In this document: piece after piece, positions 1-12,400 of the stretch | How the letters are laid out: the number at the start of each line of letters is the position of its first letter | How positions within the stretch are numbered: the first letter of the stretch is position 1 | Source of the DNA: Ophelia neglecta | Taxonomy: Eukaryota | Assembly: GCA_965285935.1 (NCBI GenBank) | Contig: OZ260664.1 | Location: 46,314,001-46,378,000 of the forward strand | DNA: 64,000 nt | Direction of reading: 5' to 3' | Program-made: the position numbers and the translations under genes | The notes under the pieces: generated by a model | Told to the model about the DNA's origin: nothing | The model's input: only the letters and a program-made list of their open reading frames with translations | Database searches by the model: none

Positions 1-366
1 CCTTTGGCACTGTTTAGCATTTTAAGTCGATCTCAAGGGCCATGTTTCTAAGGAGAGGATTCTCACAAACTCTCCCTTTGTCCACCTTTCAATCTGGTCA
101 TCAAACCAAACAGGCCCAATTCAAACTTTCCAAATAAATGCATCAACATCTGCTTACTTACTGTTTTTTTCAAATATAAACATTCACTTTAGCATATAAA
201 CTTGTTTTTCACTGCAGCAATGCGAAGATAATTTTGTTATAATACCTGGACCACTGTGTAACATGAATCTTTTTTTCTACACAGATGGAAAGGTCATTAA
301 GATGAAAAGTTTTTCCACTACAGAAACGTAGCATGACAGAGTGTTCAGGTTTCTGAGCACTGCACA

Positions 367-418
367 TATGGCTGCCAATAGAAATCCAAGTTGGTGTCTA
401 TTTCTATTGGCAGCCATA
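367..418. repeat. Perfect 19-bp inverted repeat with 14-nt spacer
   Basis: TATGGCTGCCAATAGAAAT (367-385) / ATTTCTATTGGCAGCCATA (400-418). Confidence 0.9.
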
Positions 419-456
419 AGTAATTTGTCATACACCGAACACATGTTAATACATAC

Positions 457-634
457 CTGTAAAAAAGCAAGGATCTGGCATCATATCTATGGTGTACATG
501 TTGTCATTATTGTGAGATGAGCTGGATCCCCGTCCACTGTCAGCACCATTGGAGAGATCTGTTGAACAGCCACTGTCTGAATCTTTACAGTCCAGTCTCA
601 CAGGATTTAACAGGGTGCACTCAGCATTAGGAAT
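457..634 (-). CDS. Protocadherin A, cytoplasmic exon 2 (DSDSG motif exon); terminal exon probably lies left of the window
   Basis: Acceptor TTTTTTGTCTTGTAG|, donor ACAG|GTATGT; 178 nt (59 codons + 1): IPNAECTLLNPVRLDCKDSDSGCSTDLSNGADSGRGSSSSHNNDNMYTIDMMPDPCFFT; homologous to exon 2 of genes B and C with the same phases. Not in the ORF track. Confidence 0.9.
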
Positions 635-3600
635 CTACAAGACAAAAAATAAATAATTTAAATTATATAAAAAAAAGGTTATGCATATAAATAAAATGTT
701 ACCAGAAGTCATGTGTGAAGAGAGGGGCACATAATTGTAACTGATTAATACTAACTTAAAATATAAATTAGTAGTTTACTAGGGGACCATCATTACAGGG
801 AAAATAGCATAGTAAATTGAGTGTTCTATATAAATAATAAATGTATGGTGCAGTATGTGATAACTTAAAGCTGTAATGGCTGTCAGATTTATGTACATTA
901 AAGTGTACAGTTCAGGTAAAACAGTGAATGCAATGGGACCTGCTGGGAGAGTAGTATGTGTTCCCTCTCACCCCTGCTCTCACCCCCATTACACCCAACA
1001 GGTGTATTTGACCTTTTCTACACCGAAATGAATGCTTATACTGGCCACCATTTTATTTCCCAGCCATGCGTCTTGACCGTTGATTACTGGTATAACCAAC
1101 TATTCTCAAGTTTTGCTTTGTGATCACACTAGTTAACTTTCCCCATTCACCAGCCTTTACTAAACCACCCGTCTCTTCTTTTCAAGGGCTGCCCTTGAAA
1201 TCTTTGTCTCCAAATGGATAAAATGACAGCTTGTTTACAAGTTAAAGAAAACAAACGGTAGTATTCATACTCTAAAGGCCTTTTGTGTCCCTCTGAATGT
1301 GACTATATGTAGCTTACATAGCTTTGAGAATCATGTTGATTGGTACAGTTCATTTCATTCTGCTCCATCTTCCTGACCCAAGTCCTTACTGATGATTTCC
1401 ACCTTCCTGTGTGCCGGCCATTATATAGGTTTCAACATTTAGAAAAGGCACAGACAAATAGGTGTCTAGTAATGTATTTAAAACAGCCCTAGATGACACC
1501 AGACTATATGGCTATCTGTCATCTAATCTATCAATGTCTTTATTACCCAGAGCATCTGACCAGTGGCACCTTTTTCTTTGTAAAAGGCAAAACTCTGGAG
1601 AAGACATTTTCCACTTTGACTACAGATGTCAGGTAATGTTCAGGCACACAATGACCAAAGTTTAACTTTGGACAAAATAGAGACTTATTTTCATGAATGT
1701 GACACAAGTTCAAGGATACTTGTGTATTTACTTCAAAACTCCAATTAAAATTCCCATGATAATATGACAAAGGTCACAGGCTAAAATTTATATGGCTTCT
1801 AAATATGTTCCTTGCAAGAAATTTTTTTATAGAAAACTTTCAAGAGCTTCTTACATTAAACATAAACTATGTCTGCACTTTGACTTGTAGAAAAGCAGCT
1901 TACGGCAAAACATGTTCTGTTCATCAGGTGAATGTGTGAAACAAACATGGACATACCAAGAGTCTAGGGTGCTGCCTAGATTCCCCTAGGAGCACATGCG
2001 TAGTGGCCAAGGAGGACATGTCAAGTGGAGAAGGACCCACTAAAGTCAATCAACCAAGGCTGCCATGCCCCAAACAGAGGCTGGCCCCCAAGCCCAGCCT
2101 CAAATCCTCTGAACAAACTTGCAATAGGAGTGTGAAATCGTTTCTTTGCATGAACCTGCACCTCTTGCATGACTTCTATCTCCCATTTGTTCTTCTGCCA
2201 ACACTGAACAGGAAATCAGGCAGACAACTTCAAAGAAGAAAGTGCTGAGTTATTAACTTTTGGATGAATCTGCCCACCATGTTGTCTTCTTGATCACCAA
2301 ATTAGCTCCTCAAAAGGCAATTCATATAAAAAGGACTTGAATAAAATCAACACCTCAGCCTTTTCATGAAAATTACCATGATTGAAGCAAATATTTAAAA
2401 GTCAGGAAATTGAATAATTCTAAATGTTGTAAAGCAAAATCCTGTGATCTAATAACAAAGTTGATATTAAGCTTGCCTGATTGAACAATTAGAAATTAGA
2501 TTGTCTGATAGAAAACTTAAGACATTAATTAAAGACCACCTAAAGTGGACAAATTCCTAATATCAGCCCCACAATCTCTCAATCCTCCAGGACACGTCAG
2601 CACACGCTACACAGAATCCTTTTGACCAATTACAGAGACAATACTCAGAGCAATAGCTAGTTGGGCTAATTGTGTGCGAAGTTCAGCAATCTGGGGCAAA
2701 TACCTCCACTGTATTGTTTAATACCTTAAAAGAAGGCATGAATCAGTTGAGGATTATGAAATGTTAATAAAGCAGATTAAATTTCTCTTTATAATGATTC
2801 TAATTTAAGTCTTAGACCTTCCAAGTGGCTTGTTCTTCAGCATTTTCTCCGTCTTGCTTTCTTACATAGAGGCTGGCTGTTAGTACAGAGTTAACAGGCT
2901 TACTTCTAAGTTTAATCTTTACAGAGTTCACCCATTAACAGATATGATAATAAACAATGCACATCTTTAGAAAAGTAAAATTGAATTACCTTCATTTCTC
3001 TTAAGATGAATATCATCACAATATATTTTTTTAAGTAAAACTTGGTCATATACATTTACAAGCAGAAGTACAACTCAAAAATAGTTTTGCAGAGAAGCCT
3101 GTTTTTACATATAAAAAATAGATAAAACATGAATCACAGTTGAGACATAACATGAGGAGGAAGCAATAAGGTTGCTATGTATGGCAGTATTGATATCAAT
3201 TTCTTGAATTTAAGACATTTGGATAGATAAGCCATGATCCAAAATTGTGTAGGGGGTTTGGGGGGGGGGGGGGTAAAGGAAAGGGAAGGCCTGCCTAATA
3301 ATATGTCAATTTTTTAAATGAGTAACAATCACTTCCTATTTGGCAGCCATGTTACTTGGTGTATCCTGACTATACTAACCCCCCCCCCCCCCTGGACCAC
3401 CATCCAACCATGCACAGATGGGCAGTTAATTCATTGAACATAATTGGTAGGTGTAAAATTCAATTGCACCCATTATTAATTTATGCTTAACGCCCATCAC
3501 TGACACAGAAGGCTGTGCTGGATGTTAGACCCACTCCATAGACTGATGTAACAGCTTTTAGTCTCATATCATTAATTCTGGTAATTAGCTTTATCACTAG

Positions 3601-6136
3601 CCTTCATAATTTGATTATTAAATTATATCATATGTTCAAACGTCATTTCCAATTAACATGAAAAAAAAGCCAAGCCATTTATGTTTTTCTACAGACATGT
3701 GTCTATCTGGCATAAAAAAACTGGTTCACAATGAACATTCACATCAATATGCTCAGAGAATGCTGTATTTTAAAAACAGAAATTTTGATGAAAGCTGTGA
3801 AATAATGTATCATTTAAATTTTCATTAGAGCTGTTAGAATCCAACAAATTCCTAACTTCCTTGTAATAAACACTGAATTATAGGACAAAAACCTAATAGT
3901 TGAAACAGACCTGCTTTAATGAAATACTGCTTTCATATTGCTTTCTTTGCATTACGTTGAAAGAAAAAAAAACCTACACTGTCTAGTTTGACCTAAAAAT
4001 ATGGAATATACTGACTGACTAAAATTTATTAATTGATTAAATATCTTCCTTTTCTTTCAACAGTGTAGCTATTGTATGAAGTATTTGTTATTATAATTTT
4101 ATAAATACAAATTGGCTGAGATTAGTCTATTTTGTTAAAATGCCAATGTTCATTACCTTCCCTAAAACCAAAGCTGTCCAGTGGCATACTTGTCTAATAT
4201 ATCAATTTGTTGCTTGAATAATGAGCCATGGAATTAGGAAAAACTAATCAGCAAATAATTGGGTTATGTAAAGATCAGTCCAGAACCTGATTGGGGTAGT
4301 AAAATTTGTCAATTGCCACCATTAAGCCATCAAGTTAAGTGTCATGATGATGGGTAAAATGCATTTTACATAAAATCTACATTTTACAATTCCTTATGCA
4401 GTATCCATTGAGCTGATATGTTAATGTCATTGATTTGAATATCAAAATAGTGGAAATTAAACCTATGGGATGTCCAAATTAAAGGCAGCCATGAATATCT
4501 ATAAGACATGCTATTCTTTAATTTTCTTTGATGCACCTGGCCCAGTGGTCGTCTGCTGTTTTCAATAGTACATGTCCTGACGGTGATTTAGAAACCAAGG
4601 GCTTTTGAGTTGTATAGATCACTTGAAGCACCTTGTGGTACAGAAGCAACTGTGAGGGAACAAATCTATAAAGTTCAAGCTTACTCTCAAAATCAGATCT
4701 TTACTATTAAACCATGTTAGGCCAAAGGTGGCATATTAAAATGAATGTTGATTGGGTATTGAATATGATTTGAGATGGTTACAATCCACCTCTTATCACT
4801 ATATTGGACAGGGATAACAGTTCCTCCTGTGTTATACTGGGTGTAATATGGTGTCCCCCTCTGAGATAGCTGTAATATAACATGTTGAATTCCCACATTG
4901 AGATGTCACCCAGAGCACAGGCCATCACAAAGCATTCTCTACTCTGACAGCTCCAAATCAGCCTTTATACTCTCAACAAAGCAACATCCCAGGGATAATC
5001 TCACCAGCTACTAACAAAGAATTAATATTCACTGCACGGTTCATACAACAATAAATTTCACCCATTCTGAAAATAAGCTGTTTGATTTTTCCATTGTTTA
5101 GAGCGTGCAGGGATTGAAATCATGGCTATGACGGCAGCGGGTGGTCACTTTTACTCAGTGGGGTGTGAGGATAGGTGCTAAATATAATATAACCCAAGCC
5201 TCCCTTAATGTAATTCAGGAAATTTTTATGCCCACACTGTTAAGCCCACGCGTCAATTACAATATTGGAATTTATGAATCCAGGGGCTACAGCCATGTGA
5301 AGGAATTTACCAATTTTTACCAAAAAAATTATGTATTAACTTTAATGTTTTAAGAAAGACAAGGGAACTTTATATCTCAGTGAATATTTAAGTGTTAAAA
5401 TAAATATACAAGTACATGTATGTGTATGTACATGTACATGTATATCTAAATACCTGTGCAACTAAATCAGCATTGGCTGGTACAATTAATATTTTCAAAT
5501 TTATTTTCCAAACTTTCTTTGTACCAACATATCTTTGAATACATGTTCATGTCAAAGTGCATGATATTATATTTTTTATAATCTAAGCAAAGCATCAATA
5601 GATAAAATTTCTGAAAAGCTTCAATGCACTTGGTCAAACCTGGGCAGACAGAATCGGTTGAGGGTATTGATTATCTCGCTAGGATTGATACTTAAATCTG
5701 TCAATCTGATTGTTAGCTGATAAATCACTACCAGACTAACCAGCAGGGACATTATAAAGGTTATCAATGTAATCAATACCTGCCAAATGATGACAAAGAT
5801 ATGTGTCAGCCATTAATGAGGCTATTGACTATTAATCATTGTATTGTAGCCCTTCTCACAGTCAAAGCCCACCTCAACCAGATTATTAAAGTTATAAATA
5901 CAGCTTAAAAGATTGTATAAATCTATTACTTCTACCTGTACCTATACAAATTTCAGGTACTTGAGGTCCTTTGTATTAATCACCACACCTTGTCCCAGGA
6001 GCTTTGATCTTTGCTGTCATATAAATCCCACTTTACCCCCTATAATTAATACCCAGGGATTACATACAGGTAACAAGCCATTGTTTTCTACTTGCTGTAT
6101 GACAGATAGTTTTATTTCAGCCACGTGTGGCTACAC

Positions 6137-6319
6137 GTAACATGGCAGCAGCAGGCGGCTAAGGGCAGGGCAAGCCCTGATCATGTATTGTGGCTAGTAA
6201 CACCCACAGGCCATGTCAAGTTAAGATGTAATATGGCAGCAGCAGACTGCTGAGCCTAATGACAAGCCCTGTTCATGTCATGTGTGTGGTAACACCCCCA
6301 GCCTGTGTCAAGTTAAGAT
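6137..6319. repeat. Two tandem ~91-bp diverged copies just inside gene A intron 1
   Basis: GTAA(C/T)ATGGCAGCAGCAG...CAAGCCCTG.TCATGT...GTAACACCC...TGTCAAGTTAAGAT at 6137-6227 and 6228-6319. Confidence 0.85.
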
Positions 6320-6369
6320 AGTCATTGTACTGTGATGATGGGTTTACATAAGAGAGTGAGAGTGCTCAC

Positions 6370-9093
6370 CTGTAAGAAGAGTGGCCTGCTGTTCTCCTCC
6401 AGGGAGCTCTGGCCGCTGGCCGAGTCCTCCAGGTCACTGTCGTGTTCCAGGGAGGAGCCGGGGCTGTGGCTGCTCTCCGTCTCCGCGTCCTTGGACGAGC
6501 CGCTCCCGTGGCCTGAATCTCTGCTGGAGAAGGAATCAGTCTTCTTTCCCTCCTCATCCACCAGACTGGCCACACATATCGGATTATCAGCTGAAAACTT
6601 GATGATCACTCTCTGCTGCTTTCTTTTTGTTTTGCACTGGCGGCGGATTATAAGAACAATGGCAACAATGAGAATCACTACCACAATTCCCGAAACACAA
6701 GCAATAGAAACAACAATTGTCTGATTGTTTCCCGATCCTGTCACTCCCAGAGCCTCCAGATTGTCTATGTGAATAAAGAGTGTTGTCTTTGAAGATAGAC
6801 TTGGAGAACCATTGTCTGATACAATAATATCTAACCAATACACAATCTCAGTCACCGTCAATTTCTGATTGGAAATAATGTCCCCTGTGTCTTCTCCTAT
6901 TGAGAACACGTCACTGCCATTGCCGGCTGTAATCGCAAAAGAAAACTGAGCATTGTTTCCTGAGTCAGCGTCTTCTACTGTTACTGTGGTAATGGTTTGG
7001 TTTACTTGGATGTGTCCATCTATGTACACAGTGTCATTCTCAGGTGTGGGGTAGACAAACAGAGGGCTGTTATCATTGACATCCCCCACAATGACTGTCA
7101 CTAGAGCTGTGGTGTTCTGTTCCTCAACTGTAGCAATGACAGTCATATCATACACAGGCATTACATCATGGTCCAGGTTTGTGAGGCAGTACATAGCACC
7201 AGAAAAAGAGTCGATTGAGAACAACCGATTTATCAAGTCTTGGTCTTCTTTAAAACTGTACATGATAGTATACTGGGGGGAGTCAGCATCAACGGCTTTT
7301 ACTTGGCCGATTGGCGAGGATGATTTTTCATTTTCAAGCACACTAAAGACATAATTGGTTTGTAAGAAGAGTAGAGGTTCATCGTCTACATCGATGACAT
7401 TGATATGTACTGTGGTAGTGGCAGACTGCTGAGGCTGGCCACTGTCTCTGGCTATGATTGAGACATTGACTTGAGACATCTTTTCATAGTCCAGACTGAT
7501 ATTAGTCATTAAATCACCTGAGTTAGAGTCAAGTTGGAACAAGCCATTAGTGTCATCTGCCAGGGCGTATCTAACCCTCCCATTGTCAGATAAGTCTGCA
7601 TCTGTTGCTCTCACATTGGTGATAAAACTCCCTGGCGATGATCCCTCAGAAACATTGGCATGATAAATATCTTTCTCAAACACAGGAGGATTGTCATTCT
7701 CATCCATTATATTGATAATCAAGTCCATCTCACTGTGTAGAGAGGGTGAACCCAAATCAACACAAATTATCGGTAGTATATATGTGTCATGAACCTCGCG
7801 GTTTAATTCAGTGGCAGTAACCAGCTTAAATTCAGTCTCATAAAGCTTCAGTAATTTAAAAGTTTTACTATTGACAGAGCAGTTAAACTGACCATTCTTG
7901 CCATCATCCAGATCAACAACAGATAAGTGAGCAACAAAGTCACCTGGGGTATAATTTTCTGATATTATCAAATTTGAAGCATTTTGGGGATTAACTTTGA
8001 TTTGGGGTGGGTGGTCATTCATATCCAGTATATGTATTGTCACCAGTGTCTGTGTAGACAGGGCCTGGGAACTATTATCTCTAGCAATTACACTCAATTT
8101 GTATAAGGACTTTCTTTCATAATCCAGTTTTCCAATAGCAATTATCTCCCCAGTTGTTTCATTGATTTGAAAGATATCTTGGTAGGCACTGAATGTTTTC
8201 TGTGAAAACATATAAACAACTGTTCCTTGAGGGCCAGTGTCACGATCCTCGGCAATTACTCGCAGAATAACACTGCCTTTTGGAGAATTCTCAGGGATAG
8301 AGGTTTCGTAAGTCTCCTTTTGGAAGGTGGGCGTGTTGTCATTAACGTCAATAATAGATATATTAACCATCACAGAACCCCATTGAGGGGGCTGGCCTCC
8401 ATCAAAAGCCACTAGTTGTACCATGTAGGCGTCCTGTTGCTCCCTGTCAAGGGGCTTGCGGAGAACTACATAAATATCCTCCTCCGACCCAGGCTCCTCA
8501 GCAGTTTGTAATTCAAAGGTATCAGAGCTTGAAATCAGCTTGTAATGATGAACGCCAAATTTAGGGCTGTCAGGATCGTGGGGCAAAGGAATGGACAGTG
8601 AAGTCCCCACAACAGATGCTTCACTTAGTTTTCTTATTACTGTGTCAGTGGGAAATGTGGGGATATGGTCATTAATATCCAGCAAATTAACGGTCACCTT
8701 AATGATCTCAAAATAGTCAAGGGGCATCACCTGCACGTCCAGTGAGAGGAGACAAGCCTCTGCCGATGGACACAGTTGGTCCCTGTCCAGCCGCCTCGCC
8801 ACCCTTAACACTCCCTCTGTCTCATCAATGCTGAATAATCCCTCAGCTAAAAGATCTTGTTCCAGCAGAGAGAATCGCAATGAAGCCAGAACACTTGGCG
8901 AATACTTATTTCTTAATCCTCCGTCCATGAGAATGTTGCCCACAAAAGAGCCATATGCCCTCTCCTCTGTCAAGTTGTAGGATATAGGTGTCTTCATGTC
9001 AGCAGGCTGTCCATTGCCACAAACGATTAACATCGCCAGCACAAGTACCCGGGCCATTATTAAAGTTAAATCTGTCCGTATTAAATGAGGCAT
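6370..9093 (-). CDS. Protocadherin A (7-EC, delta-like), large exon: signal peptide, EC1-EC7, TM, proximal cytoplasmic tail
   Basis: ATG in GCCATG context; hydrophobic leader; EC1 DRDQLC-x5-C; repeat ends DINDH, DVNDN, DMNDH, DENDN, DVDDE, DVNDN plus a 7th repeat; TM IVVSIACVSGIVVVILIVAIVLII followed by RRQCK; donor CAG|GTGAGC at 6370/6369, phase 0 (908 codons). Confidence 0.95.
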
Positions 9094-9488
9094 GGCTGTT
9101 GTCTTCCACCAGTGTACTTAGGTTTCATATCCTGTATGAATTACAGGATTTCACTGATTCCATGGAAATGGTTTACCAGGGTGGAAAATTCAACATGGTC
9201 AACAAGCAGGAATTGGATATCAAAGCCAGACATCCTCAATCACAGAACACTTGTGTTTCAATCCTGGATCAAGCTTGCTGCTTGTTGTTTGGTCGGTTTG
9301 ATTACTGCAGCTTCAGATAACACAGGTGATGTTAGAGCTTCCGGGAGTATCCAATAGAGTCAAACTGAATGGCGTTCTTTATCCTTTGAAATGTAAGAGT
9401 TTAGTTTGACATCTGTTCCCTCTTGTCCATAAAGTCTACATTGGTGTTCCCTTCAATGAGCATGCAAAGAGTCTCCAGTTCCAATTAT
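9094..9488 (-). other. Probable 5' UTR portion of the gene A large exon
   Basis: Strong acceptor TTGATTATTGTTTTCTATATTTACAG| at 9489/9488; no transcript evidence. Confidence 0.5.
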
Positions 9489-12400
9489 CTGTAAATATAG
9501 AAAACAATAATCAAAAATTCAATAATTCCTACTAAACATATGGGTGAGAAAACAAAACATGGGACATTCAAATGATTTTTCTTATCAGATTCCTGTATTG
9601 TATTGGCCTGAAAGGGAAGTGACATGCAGCTGAAAGGGAATAATGGCGTTCTGACAGTGTCATCATGCCAGCTGGTCATCATTCACTGCTTCTTAATTAC
9701 AGACTGATGAAGATCACCTCATTAATATACCTGTCCCGGACAAGGTGCTTAGTCCAGTCACCTACAGCCAAAAACATATCAGACTGGGGAAAGTGAAACA
9801 AGGGAATGTACTTACAAGAGAAGTCCAGACAGCAAATAACTTAAGGCACCTCACACGCTCAGGGACTTAGAGAAGTGTGGACTTTCCTGAGCCTGTCAAA
9901 GATGCATGCCCCTTCCAAAAGCCTACAACCCACTCGGTATCCCATATAGTAAGAGTGTGCAAACACTAGAGTGCCCCGACCAATTTGAACGCCAATCCTT
10001 ATGTATCACCTTACCACTATTCAATCTCCGTTATAAAGTAATTACGGCAATCCAATGGCTTCTGTGCACACTGGCACAAGTCCTCCCACAGAGACCTCAA
10101 GAGTTGGCACTAGCTCTTCACTCAAAATACCAAGGCAATTGAAGTCCAGCACAAGGTATTGTCAGATTGACGGACCTGAATAGACAATTTTCACCTGCCT
10201 AGTCTGCACTGACAGCACCCATGAATAGATACAATCATGGAAATGCATGACAACTCACTTTTGAGAAGACGCCAAATCCCTATCATCATGGCAGAAAACA
10301 GAAAAAAAAGTCGCCAATGTATTTCCTACCTCTGGGTTCTCAAGCTGGTCTAATTCTGCTGTCTGCCTGGTTTGAAGTCTCCATAAAAAGTAACAGCAAG
10401 AGATGGAGGCCAAGGCAAAGCAGATAACGCTACACAATGAGCTCATGCTTGAAAGAACTTAATAATCACTGGCAATTGGAGCTTCACAAATGTGACTGGA
10501 CACTTCCAATGGGTTATTGTTTCTTATCAGTATACATTGTTTTAGACAACAAAACAAGTGCTATGAATGGCAATTAAATAGCTTAACCCTGCTTCTACCT
10601 ATGCTTTTCACAAATTTTGCAAATGTGGTGCATGGGAGCAGTGCCCGGGCTAATGAAATGCCTCCTGCTGCCAAGAAACAATGCTGGACAGGGAAATAAT
10701 CACCATTACACAGGGGCTTAAGTGTCAAACTAGGGGAATTATAATGTCAAATATCTGAAAAACCATACACCATTTTATGACTTGATTGTATTATATCCAA
10801 TTGTATTATATGAGGATGTATATAATTGATATGTTAGATATTTAACTGATGGACTTGACATATATATAGTTACTTACTGTGGGCAGATTGCAATTCCTGC
10901 CCAAGTTGACAGCGAATACACCTGCAACTACAGGGACATCTTGGGGGGTAAATGTCAGGTGTTTGGAGCTGATCGAAAGACCCCTGAAATTCTCTTATAG
11001 GAAATGGCAAAACAGCTATGTATGTGTGCACATGTACATGGCTGTTACTTGGATACTCAGTATATTGATTTAATATTTCATATTTTATGCGGAAGTGAAA
11101 GCTTTATTTTACAAATTTAAAGTAAGACTGAATCTGTTAATCAATACCAAACTATACCAGTTTGATTCTTCTCAAGGAGGACTTACCTAATTATTATAAG
11201 TACAGGAACCAAGCGTATGTCTCTCCAAGACAAATGAGATTCATAGTAGTCAGTGAACTAACAATCAGATTTCTTGTAGATACACTTGTGATGATTTGAG
11301 TAAATATCATATATCAAAATTAAAATCTGCACAAATTAATTGGTGTCTATTTTAGGCATACATTTTGTACTGTTCAATGTGACAATGATATATATTTTTC
11401 TTGGATATTTTGTAGGACAGCATAACCTTGACAGTTGACACACACTGGACAAAACCAATGTCACGGCCATTTTGGTTTTAATGAACCTCTAATTACCCAT
11501 ACAGGAAGAAATACCCAGATAACATCTGATGACTCCATTAGTATGAAGACCTCTGATGGTGGCCAACAATACAATGAAAAACATTTGAATAGCTACATTT
11601 TAACAAAACCAACTATCTCACCACAATGTGGGTTTCTTATCTCTGGCACCAAGGCAGTCTGGACATAAAACAGTGGGAGTGTAAAACACATCAAGTTGCC
11701 AGTCACTAAACAGGGGGTAGTGAAATAGAGGTATGAAAAGTCAGATTTAAACATGAAATGAGGTAATGGCTTGGATATGAATGGAGTGCCTATAATGTGT
11801 TTTGGATCGAACCCATTTGCTGAGATTGAAAGTGATGATGGTCTATTCTCGCCACAGGATAGGGGGCAAAATTCTGATTAATGATTAGTAATGATGGCAG
11901 AATGGCGTGCATACCGCCCATATTAGACTGGACAGACAGGTGTGAGAGGGATATTAACTCGCTATGGCCCGGGATGAATAAAACCCCACAGCCATCACCA
12001 GAACAGAAACAGACCACATCTACTGCCATGGTCAAGTGTCTCAGAAATGTCTAGCAAGTCACCAACTATAACAATGTGTTAATCATCACACTCTTATGGA
12101 CACTACATTATAAATTTGGTTGATATTTCTGGTATATAAAGAAAAGTAAGAAGTAGAGGCTAAATTATGCTTCCCCGGCAAAAACATTAATAAAACCAAA
12201 GAGAATATTTGAATAGAAAATCTCTTAAGAGTGTTATTATAGACACCCAATGGCCTCATAGATAGATCTGTTATTGGTTGCTGTGGATGCTGAGTCATTT
12301 GATAGACTTGAACTCTGATAAGCACCTACTAATAAATGGGCTGAGCTGTACAGTTCTCACACCTTTTATGATAAAGCTGCAATGACATGGACATGGTCAA

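Noticed and set aside
1-456. Terminal exon of gene A inside the window
   Set aside because: Candidate acceptors near 318 and 212 give only very short peptides unlike the B and C terminal exons.
3251-3392. Poly-G and poly-C runs as a paired structure
   Set aside because: Similar homopolymers occur elsewhere in the window and there is no complementarity beyond the runs.
6332-6724. Antisense/overlapping ORFs on protocadherin exons (also 7076-7354, 45866-46261, 60944-61300 etc.)
   Set aside because: Shadow ORFs of real coding sequence with no recognisable domains.
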